From positions 1 through 44,887 of the forward strand of contig JAFVXT010000074.1 in the NCBI GenBank assembly GCA_017501005.1: a DNA stretch of 44,887 nucleotides. Direction: 5' to 3'. Position 1 is the first letter of the stretch. Every line of letters starts with the position of its first letter. A program made the translations under genes and the position numbers. Positions 27,826 to 36,559 of the stretch are shown here, piece after piece. The notes below the pieces were generated by a model. That model was not told where the DNA came from. It did no database searches and saw nothing but the letters and a program-made list of their open reading frames with translations. The stretch comes from Clostridia bacterium. Its GTDB lineage: Bacteria > Bacillota > Clostridia > Oscillospirales > CAG-272.

Positions 27826-28854
27826 ATGCAAATGAATTTCCACAGAAAGCTCCCCATTCCTCAGGAGGTCAAGCAAGAATATCCGCTGACCACGCGTATG
27901 GAGCAAGTCAAGGCCGCTCGTGACGAAAGCATCCGTGCCGTATTCGACGGCCGATCTGATAAATTCATTCTGATCATCGGCCCCTGCTCCGCCGACCACA
28001 GTGAGCCTGTCCTGGAATACATTGCAAGACTGCGCCGCATTGAAGAAGAGGTATCCGACAAGATCATCATCATTCCCCGCATCTATACGAACAAGCCGCG
28101 CACCACGGGTCAAGGCTATAAGGGCATGCTCCATCAGCCCGATCCCGATGCCAAGCCCGATATGTACAAAGGAATCGTTGCCATTCGCGAGCTGCACATG
28201 GCGGCCTTGCGCGATTATGATTTTTCCTGTGCCGACGAAATGCTCTATCCCGAGAACTACCGCTATCTTTCGGATCTTCTCTCCTACGTCGCCATCGGTG
28301 CGCGTTCGGTTGAAAACCAACAGCACAGACTGACCGCCAGCGGCATCGGCGCCCCCGTCGGTATGAAAAACCCGACAGGCGGCGATCTTAGCGTCATGAT
28401 GAACTCCATTGTGGCGGCACAGTCAAGCCATACCTTCATCTATCGCGGCTGGGAGGTGACAAGCGACGGCAACCCCTATGCACACGCCATTCTTCGCGGC
28501 TACGTTGATTATGCGGGCAGAAGTGTCTCCAACTACCATTATGAGGACCTTCTCCGCGTTGAAGAGCTTTATGAAAATTCAAGGCTTGCAAACCCCGCGG
28601 TCATCGTTGATACCAACCACAACAACTCGGGCAAGAAATACCTTGAGCAGGTGCGTATTGCCAAGGATATCGTGCACAGCCGCAACCAGAACGAAACCAT
28701 CAAGCGGCTTGTCAAGGGCTTGATGATCGAAAGCTACCTTGAAGACGGTGCCCAAGGTATGGGCGAGCACGTTTTCGGCAAATCCATCACCGACCCTTGC
28801 CTCGGCTGGGAAAAGACCGAGCGCTTGATTCTTGACATTGCCGACAAGCTGTAA
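27826..28854 (+). CDS. 3-deoxy-7-phosphoheptulonate (DAHP) synthase, class I (AroF/G/H-like)
   Basis: ILIIGPCSADH, IYTNKPRTTGQGYKGML, GARSVENQQHR and VGMKNPTGG align by eye with E. coli AroG blocks (GPCS, KPRTT, GART.ESQ.HR, GFKNG). Confidence 0.9.
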   Translation: MQMNFHRKLPIPQEVKQEYPLTTRMEQVKAARDESIRAVFDGRSDKFILIIGPCSADHSEPVLEYIARLRRIEEEVSDKIIIIPRIYTNKPRTTGQGYKGMLHQPDPDAKPDMYKGIVAIRELHMAALRDYDFSCADEMLYPENYRYLSDLLSYVAIGARSVENQQHRLTASGIGAPVGMKNPTGGDLSVMMNSIVAAQSSHTFIYRGWEVTSDGNPYAHAILRGYVDYAGRSVSNYHYEDLLRVEELYENSRLANPAVIVDTNHNNSGKKYLEQVRIAKDIVHSRNQNETIKRLVKGLMIESYLEDGAQGMGEHVFGKSITDPCLGWEKTERLILDIADKL

Positions 28855-28896
28855 AAGCGGCAAAATGCCAATACTCTGCAAAAAACGGAGGTTTTC

Positions 28897-29361
28897 ATGA
28901 TCAGACAAGCCATCGAAAAGGACATTCCGAAAATCGGCGATCTTCTTTCGCAGGTTGACCTTGTGCACCACAACGGCAGACCTGATATTTTCAAAATCGG
29001 CAGAAAGTATTCCGACGCCGAGCTGCGGGAGCTTCTCCGTGACGCTGACCGTCCGATTCTCGTCTCGGTCGACGAGGAGGATAACGTCCGCGGATACTGC
29101 TTCTGCATGTATCAGCAGCATATAAACAACTCGGTATTGACCGACATCAAAACGCTATACATTGACGATCTGTGCGTAGATGAAGCAATGCGCGGCAAGC
29201 ATATCGGGCGCGAGCTTTACGAAGCGGCCGTTGCCCTTGCCCGAGAAAACGGCTGCTACAACCTGACCTTGAACGTCTGGAGCTGCAATCCCTCGGCTCT
29301 GCGCTTTTATGAAAAGTGCGGCCTGCTTCCGCAAAAGATCGGCATGGAAGTGATTCTGTAA
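28897..29361 (+). CDS. GNAT family N-acetyltransferase
   Basis: YIDDLCVDEAMRGKHIGRELYEAAVALARENGCYNLTLNVWSCNPSALRFYEKCG matches the acetyl-CoA binding motif A region. Confidence 0.85.
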   Translation: MIRQAIEKDIPKIGDLLSQVDLVHHNGRPDIFKIGRKYSDAELRELLRDADRPILVSVDEEDNVRGYCFCMYQQHINNSVLTDIKTLYIDDLCVDEAMRGKHIGRELYEAAVALARENGCYNLTLNVWSCNPSALRFYEKCGLLPQKIGMEVIL

Positions 29362-29408
29362 AATGCAAAAAGGGGGCTGATTCAGCAACTCCCCCCCCGA
29401 AAAAGAAA

Positions 29409-29458
29409 AAGCGGATGCTTTTTACCGAAAGGTATTGAGCATCCGCTTGCTTTGTTGT
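29409..29458. terminator. Hairpin terminator after the GNAT gene (bidirectional context)
   Basis: AAGCGGATGCT (29409..29419) pairs with AGCATCCGCTT (29438..29448). T-rich sequence lies on both sides. Confidence 0.55.
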
Positions 29459-29629
29459 ATCATTGAATGACCGCAAAAAAACACGCAAGAAAACGAGATA
29501 ACGATACAACAACGAGAGATAAAAGTCGATTCTTCACAACAGAATACAACCTCAAAAACAAGGATTTTCACGATCCTCTTTTTTGCCTCGTTTCGAGCTT
29601 TTTTCACTTATGTTTTCTGCATAGCAAAA

Positions 29630-29676
29630 GGCTGAGCCAATCGCTTTCTAAAAAGCTTTTGACTCAGCCCCTTTTT
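29630..29676. terminator. Hairpin just past the stop of the minus-strand isomerase gene
   Basis: GGCTGAG (29630..29636) pairs with CTCAGCC (29663..29669), flanked by an A-run and a T-run. The loop is large, so this is a weak call. Confidence 0.35.
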
Positions 29677-29682
29677 TATTTT

Positions 29683-30435
29683 TTATCCGTACAATCTCTT
29701 TGTTTCCAGAAGGCTTTCCTCGGGCGGGAGCAAGGAGAAATATTCCAGGCCGCAGGCACCGGTATATCCTGCCTTGTCAATGGCATCGAAAATCGCATGG
29801 TAATTAATCTCGCCATATTGAAGCTCGTTACGTCCCGGGTTTCCTGCCGCATGCAGATGCGCGATGCAATCCAGATTCTTGGTCACGTTCGAGATGATAT
29901 TCCCTTCCATCACCTGCTGATGGTAGATGTCAAACACGATCTTCACGCAAGGATGATCCACCTCGCGTACGATGTCGAACGCCTCTGCCGACGAAGTGAG
30001 ATAGTAGCCGGGATGGTTGATATAGGTATTCAGCGGCTCCAGCATCAAAACCATGCCGTAGGTGTCAAGAATGGGCTTTGCCTCCTTGAGCGTCTGCACG
30101 ATCGCCTCGTGCTGAACGGCTCTCTCAGCTCCCGTGTCGGGGCCAACCTGCGTGATCAGCTTGCCTACGCCCAGCTTCTTTGCGGCTTCACAGCTCTCCT
30201 TAAGCCCTTCCAGCCACAGGGAGCGGAAGGTAGGGTCGGTCATGCGGAACTCGGTGGTGCATATACTCAGCAGCTCCACGCCCGTCTCCTCACAAGCGGC
30301 GCGAACAGCGTCCATATCAAGATTCTTCCAATCGTAGGTTTCGACGGCATCAAAGCCAAGCTCCTTGACACGGCGGATGGCGTCCTGAAAGGGCATATTT
30401 CCAAAAAAGCATGGAATCGGTACACAAAAACGCAT
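29683..30435 (-). CDS. Hydroxypyruvate isomerase family / sugar phosphate isomerase-epimerase TIM-barrel protein
   Basis: LEPLNTYINHPGYYLTS, FDIYHQQVMEGN, HLHAAGNPGRNELQYGEINY and GYTGACGLEY resemble the Hyi/OtnI family pattern. Confidence 0.8.
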   Translation of the reverse strand: MRFCVPIPCFFGNMPFQDAIRRVKELGFDAVETYDWKNLDMDAVRAACEETGVELLSICTTEFRMTDPTFRSLWLEGLKESCEAAKKLGVGKLITQVGPDTGAERAVQHEAIVQTLKEAKPILDTYGMVLMLEPLNTYINHPGYYLTSSAEAFDIVREVDHPCVKIVFDIYHQQVMEGNIISNVTKNLDCIAHLHAAGNPGRNELQYGEINYHAIFDAIDKAGYTGACGLEYFSLLPPEESLLETKRLYG

Positions 30436-30440
30436 AATTC

Positions 30441-31451
30441 TTACTCCTTTTCGTCAAAATAGATGACCTGTCCGCTCTCCATGGAACGGTTTGCCGCGAA
30501 CGCCATCTCCAGAGTCTTGAGCGCATCGGGATAATCCGAACGGATCAAGGACTTATCACCCGTCAGAACCGCATTGAAGAATGCGTGATCCAAGCTGAAG
30601 ATCGGCTCCATCCTTAGGGGAATATCCCGTGTTTCCTTGGCAGTGGTGATAATGAGGTTGCTGCGCAGACGATAGTCCAAAACCATATCGTCCAGGGTGA
30701 TGTACAGTCCGTTACGGGGGCGCACATCGCGCGAATAGCATCCGCTGACAAGCGTTGCGGTGAAGTTGTTCTTAAAGCGGTAAACCACGGTGGAATGGTC
30801 ATCGGTGTCATATTCCGCAGAGGCGGTTTCACCCGGCTTGACAATGCCTCTGGATGCGGTGGCATATACCGAAAGGGGCTCGCCGAAAAGGTAGCGCAGG
30901 CCGTCCACGAGGTGGATGCTCTGCTCTACCAGCTGACCGCCGCTAGTGCTCTTCTTCTGCCACCACCAAACGCTGGGAATATCGCCGACCCATGAGCCGT
31001 AAACAAGTCCGCCCGGACTGTGCTTGGACAGCTCGTCGCGCACGATCTCTATCAGATCCAGGTATCTGTCCTGGAAGCCGACCGCGGTGATGAGTCCGCT
31101 TGCCTCAACGTCCTTTGCGATCTGACGCGCCTCGTCCAGATTCAAGGTCATAGGCTTTTCTACCAGGAAGGGAATGCCCATCTTGACCACACGTGTTTCC
31201 AAGTCAATGTGCGCTGTGGGCTCTACCGCGATGATCAAAGCATCCAATGTTTCGAGGCTTTCGTTGTCCAAAAGCTCGTTGTGATCGCGATATAGACGGC
31301 TGCATCCCATACGCGCTGCCGCCGCTTTTCTTCTTTCCTCAATGGGGTCGGCAACGCAAACGACTTCAGCACCGGGGAACTCCTCGACCCCATACATATG
31401 CCCGATTTGTCTGTTGCCACAACCAATCATTCCCAAACGGATTTTTTTCAT
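30441..31451 (-). CDS. Gfo/Idh/MocA family oxidoreductase
   Basis: N-terminal Rossmann motif KIRLGMIGCGNRQIGH and the EKP motif FLVEKPM. The start ATG at 31451 follows AGAGGAG; the ORF-track start is 31517. Confidence 0.85.
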   Translation of the reverse strand: MKKIRLGMIGCGNRQIGHMYGVEEFPGAEVVCVADPIEERRKAAAARMGCSRLYRDHNELLDNESLETLDALIIAVEPTAHIDLETRVVKMGIPFLVEKPMTLNLDEARQIAKDVEASGLITAVGFQDRYLDLIEIVRDELSKHSPGGLVYGSWVGDIPSVWWWQKKSTSGGQLVEQSIHLVDGLRYLFGEPLSVYATASRGIVKPGETASAEYDTDDHSTVVYRFKNNFTATLVSGCYSRDVRPRNGLYITLDDMVLDYRLRSNLIITTAKETRDIPLRMEPIFSLDHAFFNAVLTGDKSLIRSDYPDALKTLEMAFAANRSMESGQVIYFDEKE

Positions 31452-31489
31452 AAATATCTCCTCTTTTCTGCAAAAATGCGGAACGGCTA

Positions 31490-31518
31490 TTGACATTTGC
31501 GTTCCGTTATAATACAAT
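31490..31518 (+). promoter_or_regulatory. Sigma-A promoter for the AraC-family gene
   Basis: TTGACA (31490..31495), 17 nt, TACAAT (31513..31518). The -35 is bracketed by the inverted repeat CGGAACG (31479..31485) / CGTTCCG (31500..31506). Confidence 0.5.
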
Positions 31519-31545
31519 TATACATGTAAAAAGCCCTGTTGTCAA
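31517..31545 (-). promoter_or_regulatory. Consensus sigma-A promoter for the oxidoreductase/isomerase operon
   Basis: Minus strand: TTGACA (31545..31540), 17 nt, TATAAT (31522..31517). Its -10 abuts the plus-strand -10. Confidence 0.6.
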
Positions 31546-31580
31546 TCAAAATTTATTGATAAAAATAGAAGGATCTTGCA

Positions 31581-32384
31581 ATGTTTGCCGAAATCAACAA
31601 AAACGCCGAAAAGAATCTCCCTTTTGTTTCTCACACCATAGGAGCATCGGTGGAGCAAAATAACATCTACCGTCCACGGGGACTGAACGCACATGAGTTC
31701 ATCTGGGTGGCCTCAGGGCAAGGACTGTTCACCGTCAACGGTGAGCAGCGCGTGCTGAGAGCCGGCGAAGGGGTATTCATCCGCCGCGACGTTCCTCATC
31801 AATATGTGGGAACAGGCTACACCACACTGTGGTTCACCTTTTTGGGCTGTGACGGAATATTGGATTTTCTCCACATCAAAAGCCATCTGTTTTTCAAGGT
31901 GCCGACCTCTTTGCCCTCTGCCTTTGCCGAGCTTTACTGTGCTCTGCAAACGGCAGAAAGCACGCTGCTAATGCGCTCGGCGTTGGGATACCGCTTTACG
32001 GTGGAGCTGTTGGACGAGCTCTGCTCACCCAAAACCGACAAGGCGTACCTCATTCGGCAGTATTTGGAAAAGCACTACTTCGAGCCGCTGACGTTGGACA
32101 TCATTGCCGCCGCGGTGGGCATGGATCGCTACTCCCTGTGCCGATTCTATCGTGAAGCGCGCGGCCGAAGCGTTATGGACGAGCTAAGGCTCATCCGTCT
32201 GAAAAAAGCCAAGCGTATGCTCCGCTATTCGAACGACTCGGTCGAGCGCATCGGCAAGGTCTGCGGCTTTGACACGTCAAGCTATTTCATCAAGCGATTT
32301 CGCGAAGAGGTGGGCTGCACTCCCCTTTCCTACCGCAAAGGCAAGGAGCAAAAAAAGAAAGCAAGCGAAAAAACGCAGAATTGA
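31581..32384 (+). CDS. AraC family transcriptional regulator (cupin sensor plus HTH)
   Basis: N-terminal cupin-like segment (HEFIWVASGQGLFTVNG..VFIRRDVPHQY). The C-terminal AraC HTH reads LDIIAAAVGMDRYSLCRFYRE and VERIGKVCGFDTSSYFIKRFREEVGCTPLSYR. Confidence 0.88.
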   Translation: MFAEINKNAEKNLPFVSHTIGASVEQNNIYRPRGLNAHEFIWVASGQGLFTVNGEQRVLRAGEGVFIRRDVPHQYVGTGYTTLWFTFLGCDGILDFLHIKSHLFFKVPTSLPSAFAELYCALQTAESTLLMRSALGYRFTVELLDELCSPKTDKAYLIRQYLEKHYFEPLTLDIIAAAVGMDRYSLCRFYREARGRSVMDELRLIRLKKAKRMLRYSNDSVERIGKVCGFDTSSYFIKRFREEVGCTPLSYRKGKEQKKKASEKTQN

Positions 32385-32477
32385 TGATGACGGTCGGAGG
32401 AGGATTGCCGTCACCCTCGGTGATCGAAACCCCATCAGCAGAATTTTGACTTTCTTATCCATAGTGGCTCTTCATGT

Positions 32478-32520
32478 CAAAGGTGGAAAGTCGTTTCTGA
32501 CTTTCCACCTTTGTTTTATT
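32478..32520 (+). terminator. Intrinsic terminator after the AraC gene
   Basis: CAAAGGTGGAAAGTC (32478..32492), loop gtttct, GACTTTCCACCTTTG (32499..32513), followed by TTTTATTT. Confidence 0.75.
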
Positions 32521-33878
32521 TAGTTTTTCAGAGAATGAATCGGCGCGGGAATGCGGCCGCCGCGCGCAATGAATGCCTCACTGCTTTCTTTGTGCATAGG
32601 CATAATGGGCGCATAGCCGAGCAAGCCTCCGAATTCCACCGATTCGCCAACGCCCTTGCCGCAGACGGGAATCACGCGCACGGCAGTGGTTTTCTGGTTG
32701 ATGACACCTATAGCGATCTCATCGGCGATCAGTGCGCTGACCGTGGCAGCCGACGTGTCGCCCGGTACGGCGATCATATCGAGACCGACCGAGCAAACGG
32801 CGGTCATCGCTTCCAATTTTTCAATGGTGAGCGTGCCCTTTTCCACGGCATTGATCATGCCCGCATCCTCGGAGACGGGAATGAACGCACCCGAAAGGCC
32901 GCCAACGTGCGAGGAGGCCATGACGCCGCCCTTCTTGACTGCGTCGTTGAGAAGTGCCAGAGCCGCCGTCGTACCGTGCGTACCGCAACGCTCAAGGCCC
33001 ATGCCCTCGAGAATGTGCGCCACCGAATCTCCCTGTGCGGGAGTGGGGGCGAGCGACAGGTCAACGATACCGTAAGGCACGTTCAGACGGCGGGAGGCCT
33101 CGTAAGCAATCAGCTGTCCCACACGCGTGATCTTGAAGGCGATTTTCTTGATGGTATCGGCAAGCGTACCGAAATCGCAATCGCCTGCGCGCTTGACCGC
33201 ACTTGCCACAACGCCGGGGCCCGAAACACCGACGTTAATGACGGTATCCGGCTCGCCGATGCCGTGAACGGCACCTGCCATAAAGGGGTTGTCCTCGGGA
33301 ATATTGGCAAACACCACGAGCTTGGCGCAGCCGATCGAATCGCGGTCACGCGTCAGGTATGCGGTCTTTTTCACCACCTCGCCCATACGGCGCACGGCAT
33401 CCATATTGATGCCCGCCTTTGTGGTGGCAACGTTGACAGACGAGCACACGCGCTCGGTGCAGGCAAGCGCTTCGGGAATGGCATCGATCAGGTGATCTGC
33501 CCCCACGGTCATACCCTTTTGCACCATCGCGCCGAACCCGCCGATGAAATTGACGCCGAGCTCCTTTGCCGCACGGTCAAGCGTCTTTGCCAGCATGACA
33601 AACTCCTCGCTTGACAAACTGCCGCCGACGAAGGCGGCGGGGGTGACAGAAATACGCTTATTGATGATCGGAATGCAGTATTCGATCTCCATCTGCTCGC
33701 ACACGCGCACAAGATCCTTGGCCGAACGGGTGATCTTATCGTACACACGGGCAAGCAGACGGTCCTTATCGTCGCTGATGCAATCGAAGAGCGAGATGCC
33801 CATGGTGACCGTGCGGATATCAAGCTTTTCCGCACGGATCATATTGATTGTTTCAAGAATATCCGCTGTATTCAGCAT
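32520..33878 (-). CDS. UPF0210 (DUF711, PFL-like) family protein
   Basis: The N-terminus [27 protein letters not shown] is characteristic of the family. It is about 452 aa and pairs with the upstream ACT (UPF0237) gene. Confidence 0.85.
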   Translation of the reverse strand: MLNTADILETINMIRAEKLDIRTVTMGISLFDCISDDKDRLLARVYDKITRSAKDLVRVCEQMEIEYCIPIINKRISVTPAAFVGGSLSSEEFVMLAKTLDRAAKELGVNFIGGFGAMVQKGMTVGADHLIDAIPEALACTERVCSSVNVATTKAGINMDAVRRMGEVVKKTAYLTRDRDSIGCAKLVVFANIPEDNPFMAGAVHGIGEPDTVINVGVSGPGVVASAVKRAGDCDFGTLADTIKKIAFKITRVGQLIAYEASRRLNVPYGIVDLSLAPTPAQGDSVAHILEGMGLERCGTHGTTAALALLNDAVKKGGVMASSHVGGLSGAFIPVSEDAGMINAVEKGTLTIEKLEAMTAVCSVGLDMIAVPGDTSAATVSALIADEIAIGVINQKTTAVRVIPVCGKGVGESVEFGGLLGYAPIMPMHKESSEAFIARGGRIPAPIHSLKN

Positions 33879-33896
33879 AATCTTTTACCTCGCAAA

Positions 33897-34166
33897 TCAG
33901 ATGCGGTGCATCGAATTGAAAATATCCTCGTGCATGACGCGGATATCAAGAGAACGTTCTTCACCGAGCTTGTGAAGCGTTTCCGAAAAATCTGCAAAGG
34001 AAGTGGTCAGCTCCTGAATATCCACCAGCATGATCATGGCGAAATATTCGCGCATAACGCTCTGGCTGATATCAAGAATGTTCGCACCCATACGTGCGCA
34101 CTCGCCGCTGACGAGGGCAATGATTCCGACGCTGTCCGCGCCGATGACGGTCACAACTGCTTTCAT
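33897..34166 (-). CDS. ACT domain-containing protein (UPF0237 family)
   Basis: MKAVVTVIGADSVGIIALVSGECARMGANILDISQSVMREYFAMIMLVDI. I chose the start at the ATG at 34166 (the ORF track starts 18 nt earlier). Confidence 0.8.
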   Translation of the reverse strand: MKAVVTVIGADSVGIIALVSGECARMGANILDISQSVMREYFAMIMLVDIQELTTSFADFSETLHKLGEERSLDIRVMHEDIFNSMHRI

Positions 34167-34206
34167 AACGTAAAATCCTTTCAAGCTATATAATCGTTCA
34201 TCTTAC

Positions 34207-34235
34207 ATTATAATGGATTTGCAAAAGAAAAGCAA
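34207..34235 (-). promoter_or_regulatory. Sigma-A type promoter for the ACT/UPF0210 operon
   Basis: Minus strand: TTGCTT (34235..34230), 17 nt, TATAAT (34212..34207). Confidence 0.45.
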
Positions 34236-34334
34236 GACAAAATGAGGATTTTTTCTTTTTTTCGAAGCGCGAAAAAAAGGAAACAAAAAGGCAAAAGAGT
34301 TTTCAAAACCTAAGGATTTTCTTTTCATAAGAAC

Positions 34335-34363
34335 TTGAAATAAAAACGCGAATATGATAGAAT
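34335..34363 (+). promoter_or_regulatory. Sigma-A type promoter for alr
   Basis: TTGAAA (34335..34340), 17 nt, TAGAAT (34358..34363) with an extended -10 TGa. Confidence 0.5.
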
Positions 34364-34432
34364 AGTAAATAAGATTACTTTAATCACGCGCGCGCAAAAA
34401 AGCGAGCCGCGGAAGGGAGCAGGAAAAACGGT

Positions 34433-35590
34433 ATGTACGAGGAGCCGACCTACGAAAAAAAGAGCTTTGCCGAGATCAATCTGACGGCGCTTACTCATAA
34501 CTATACCCTGCTCGCCCGCCGTGTGAAAACGTCGGGGGCTTCGCCGATTTGCGTTGTGAAGGCCGATGCCTACGGCCACGGTGCGCCCGCCTGCGTGCGT
34601 GCGCTTGCGGGTGTCGGTGCTGACTTCTTTGCGGTATCAAGCGTGGCGGAGGCACTTGAGGTGCGCCGTGCCGCGCCGACGGCCGACATTCTCATTCTCG
34701 GTTATACGCGCCCCGCAAACGCGCCGCTTCTGGCAGAAAAAAACATCACGCAGACCGTGCATAACGCGGCCTATGCGATGTATTTACACACCGCCCTTGA
34801 CGCCGCCAAGGCGGCAGGGGTGATCCCCACCGAATGCACGCTGAAGATCCACCTCAAGGCCGACAGCGGCATGAACCGTCTGGGCTTTCCTCTGAACGAC
34901 ACCGATTATCAGGACTCACTTACCGACATTCTTTCGGTTTTCTCTTATAAGCATCTTTCTCCCACGGGCATTTTTACGCATTTCGCCTGTGCCGACGAGC
35001 CGTCTTCGCCGCTCACCGACCGCCAATACGAGCGCTTTACGCGCATTTGCAAGGATATTGCCGCACGCGGCTACCGCCTGAAGTGCCACGCCGCCAATTC
35101 TGCGGCCGCCCTGCGCTTTGGGGGTATGGGATTCGATTACGTGCGTCTCGGTATTGCCCTTTACGGCTTACCCCCCTCGGACGAGGTGCCGTGCGACGGT
35201 CTTTGTCCCGTCATGTCACTTTACAGCCGCATTTCCGAAATTCACTTGCTTCGGAAGGGAGAATCGATCAGCTACGGCGCGTGCTTCGTAGCCCCCCGTG
35301 ATATGCGCGTGGCAACCGTCTCTATCGGCTATGCGGACGGTCTTCTGCGCGGCGCATCAAACGGCGGTTATCTTTTGGTCGGCGGGCGCAAGGCTCCCCT
35401 GCTCGGCCGCATTTGCATGGACCAATGCATGATCGGCCTTGACGATATTGAAGCATACGAGGGAGATCTCGTCACAGTCTATGACGAAAACGGCGAGAAC
35501 ATCCGCCGTCTTGCCAAAGCGGCAGGCACGATTCCCTACGAGCTTCTTTGCCTGACGGGCTTGCGCGTTGACAGACAATACAAACAGTAA
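34433..35590 (+). CDS. alr: Alanine racemase
   Basis: PLP-lysine motif VVKADAYGHGA, plus GIALYGL and SYGACF blocks. Confidence 0.93.
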   Translation: MYEEPTYEKKSFAEINLTALTHNYTLLARRVKTSGASPICVVKADAYGHGAPACVRALAGVGADFFAVSSVAEALEVRRAAPTADILILGYTRPANAPLLAEKNITQTVHNAAYAMYLHTALDAAKAAGVIPTECTLKIHLKADSGMNRLGFPLNDTDYQDSLTDILSVFSYKHLSPTGIFTHFACADEPSSPLTDRQYERFTRICKDIAARGYRLKCHAANSAAALRFGGMGFDYVRLGIALYGLPPSDEVPCDGLCPVMSLYSRISEIHLLRKGESISYGACFVAPRDMRVATVSIGYADGLLRGASNGGYLLVGGRKAPLLGRICMDQCMIGLDDIEAYEGDLVTVYDENGENIRRLAKAAGTIPYELLCLTGLRVDRQYKQ

Positions 35591-35622
35591 GATGTGCCGC
35601 CGTGCGGCGAAAGGAGCTTTTT

Positions 35623-36525
35623 ATGGCTGATTTTTCTTCCGTTAGCGGACTTTTGCTTCTTGACAAGCCCGAAAATATCACCTCGCAGGGTGCGGTTTCG
35701 CGCATCCGCCGTCTTTTGAACGTCAAAACCGCAGGCCATACGGGCACGCTCGACCCGATGGCGACGGGCGTTTTGCCCATTCTTGTCGGTCGCGCGGTCA
35801 AGGCAAGCGAATACTTGCTGGAAGGGGACAAGCATTACGATGCCACCCTCCGCCTCGGGCTGACCACAGACACCGAGGATATCACGGGCGAGATCCTCAC
35901 GAAAAGCGACGAGATCCCCGAAGAGGCCGCGGTTTTGGAGGCTGCTTCCTCTTTTCTTGGCGAAGGTCTGCAGATTCCCCCTATGTATTCGGCCATTCGC
36001 GTGGGAGGCAGACGGCTGATGGAGCTGGCGCGGCAAGGGGTGACGGTTGAGCGCGAGGCGCGCAAAATCAGAGTGGACCGTCTTGACGTGACCAGGCTCT
36101 CGGACACAGACTACCGACTTTCGGTTTGCTGCTCCAAGGGCACGTATATCCGCACGCTCTGTGCCGATATCGGCGCAAAGCTCGGCTGCGGCGGTACGAT
36201 GGCAGCTCTGCGCCGTACCGAGGCCGCCGCCTTCAAGATCGGCGACTGTCACACGTTAGAGGAGCTTGAGGGCATGTCAGAGAAAGAGCGTCTGGCCTGC
36301 CTCATTCCCACAGAAGAGCTTTTCCCGCTTGCGCCCAGGCTTGATTTAGCGCCCTTTTTCGCACGGCTGGCACACAACGGCCAACAGATCTATCTTGCAA
36401 AGATCAGAAAGGATTTCCCGCTCGGCGAACGCGTTCGCCTTTACGATGAAGGCCGCTTCTTCGCGCTTGGCGAGGTGCAGGACTTCGAGGACGGCCGAGC
36501 CGTCAAGCCCATCAAACAATTCTGA
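35623..36525 (+). CDS. truB: tRNA pseudouridine(55) synthase
   Basis: LLLDKPENITSQ, and GHTGTLDPMATGVLPI with the catalytic Asp. The start ATG at 35623 follows AAAGGAG. Confidence 0.93.
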   Translation: MADFSSVSGLLLLDKPENITSQGAVSRIRRLLNVKTAGHTGTLDPMATGVLPILVGRAVKASEYLLEGDKHYDATLRLGLTTDTEDITGEILTKSDEIPEEAAVLEAASSFLGEGLQIPPMYSAIRVGGRRLMELARQGVTVEREARKIRVDRLDVTRLSDTDYRLSVCCSKGTYIRTLCADIGAKLGCGGTMAALRRTEAAAFKIGDCHTLEELEGMSEKERLACLIPTEELFPLAPRLDLAPFFARLAHNGQQIYLAKIRKDFPLGERVRLYDEGRFFALGEVQDFEDGRAVKPIKQF

Positions 36526-36559
36526 CGGATTTTTCCGCATGACAAAAGTGAGGTATACC

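Noticed and set aside
27619-28326. 235-aa minus-strand ORF spanning the T-box terminator and the DAHP synthase start
   Set aside because: It overlaps a well-supported RNA leader and a well-supported CDS on the other strand, and it has no SD or motifs.
29422-29607. 61-aa Cys-rich minus-strand ORF (GTG start) in the AT-rich spacer between the GNAT and isomerase genes
   Set aside because: It has no SD and reads through the 29409..29448 hairpin, and its Cys and Phe content follows from the T/G-rich strand composition. The roughly 170-nt purine-rich spacer itself is unexplained, but I see no structure or repeat in it.
29467-30462. 331-aa plus-strand ORF
   Set aside because: It is mostly antisense to the TIM-barrel isomerase gene, and its 5' part runs through AT-rich intergenic sequence and a hairpin.
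32511-33614. 367-aa plus-strand ORF
   Set aside because: It is antisense to the UPF0210 gene, which has a diagnostic N-terminal motif.
35536-36252. 238-aa minus-strand ORF
   Set aside because: It is antisense to the alr 3' end and to truB, and carries no motifs.
36395-36559. 55-codon N-terminal extension of the addA ORF, overlapping the truB 3' end
   Set aside because: AddA homologs begin near the MAREWTAAQRTAI-type sequence. The ATG at 36560 has an upstream GTGAGG, and the extension overlaps truB coding sequence.
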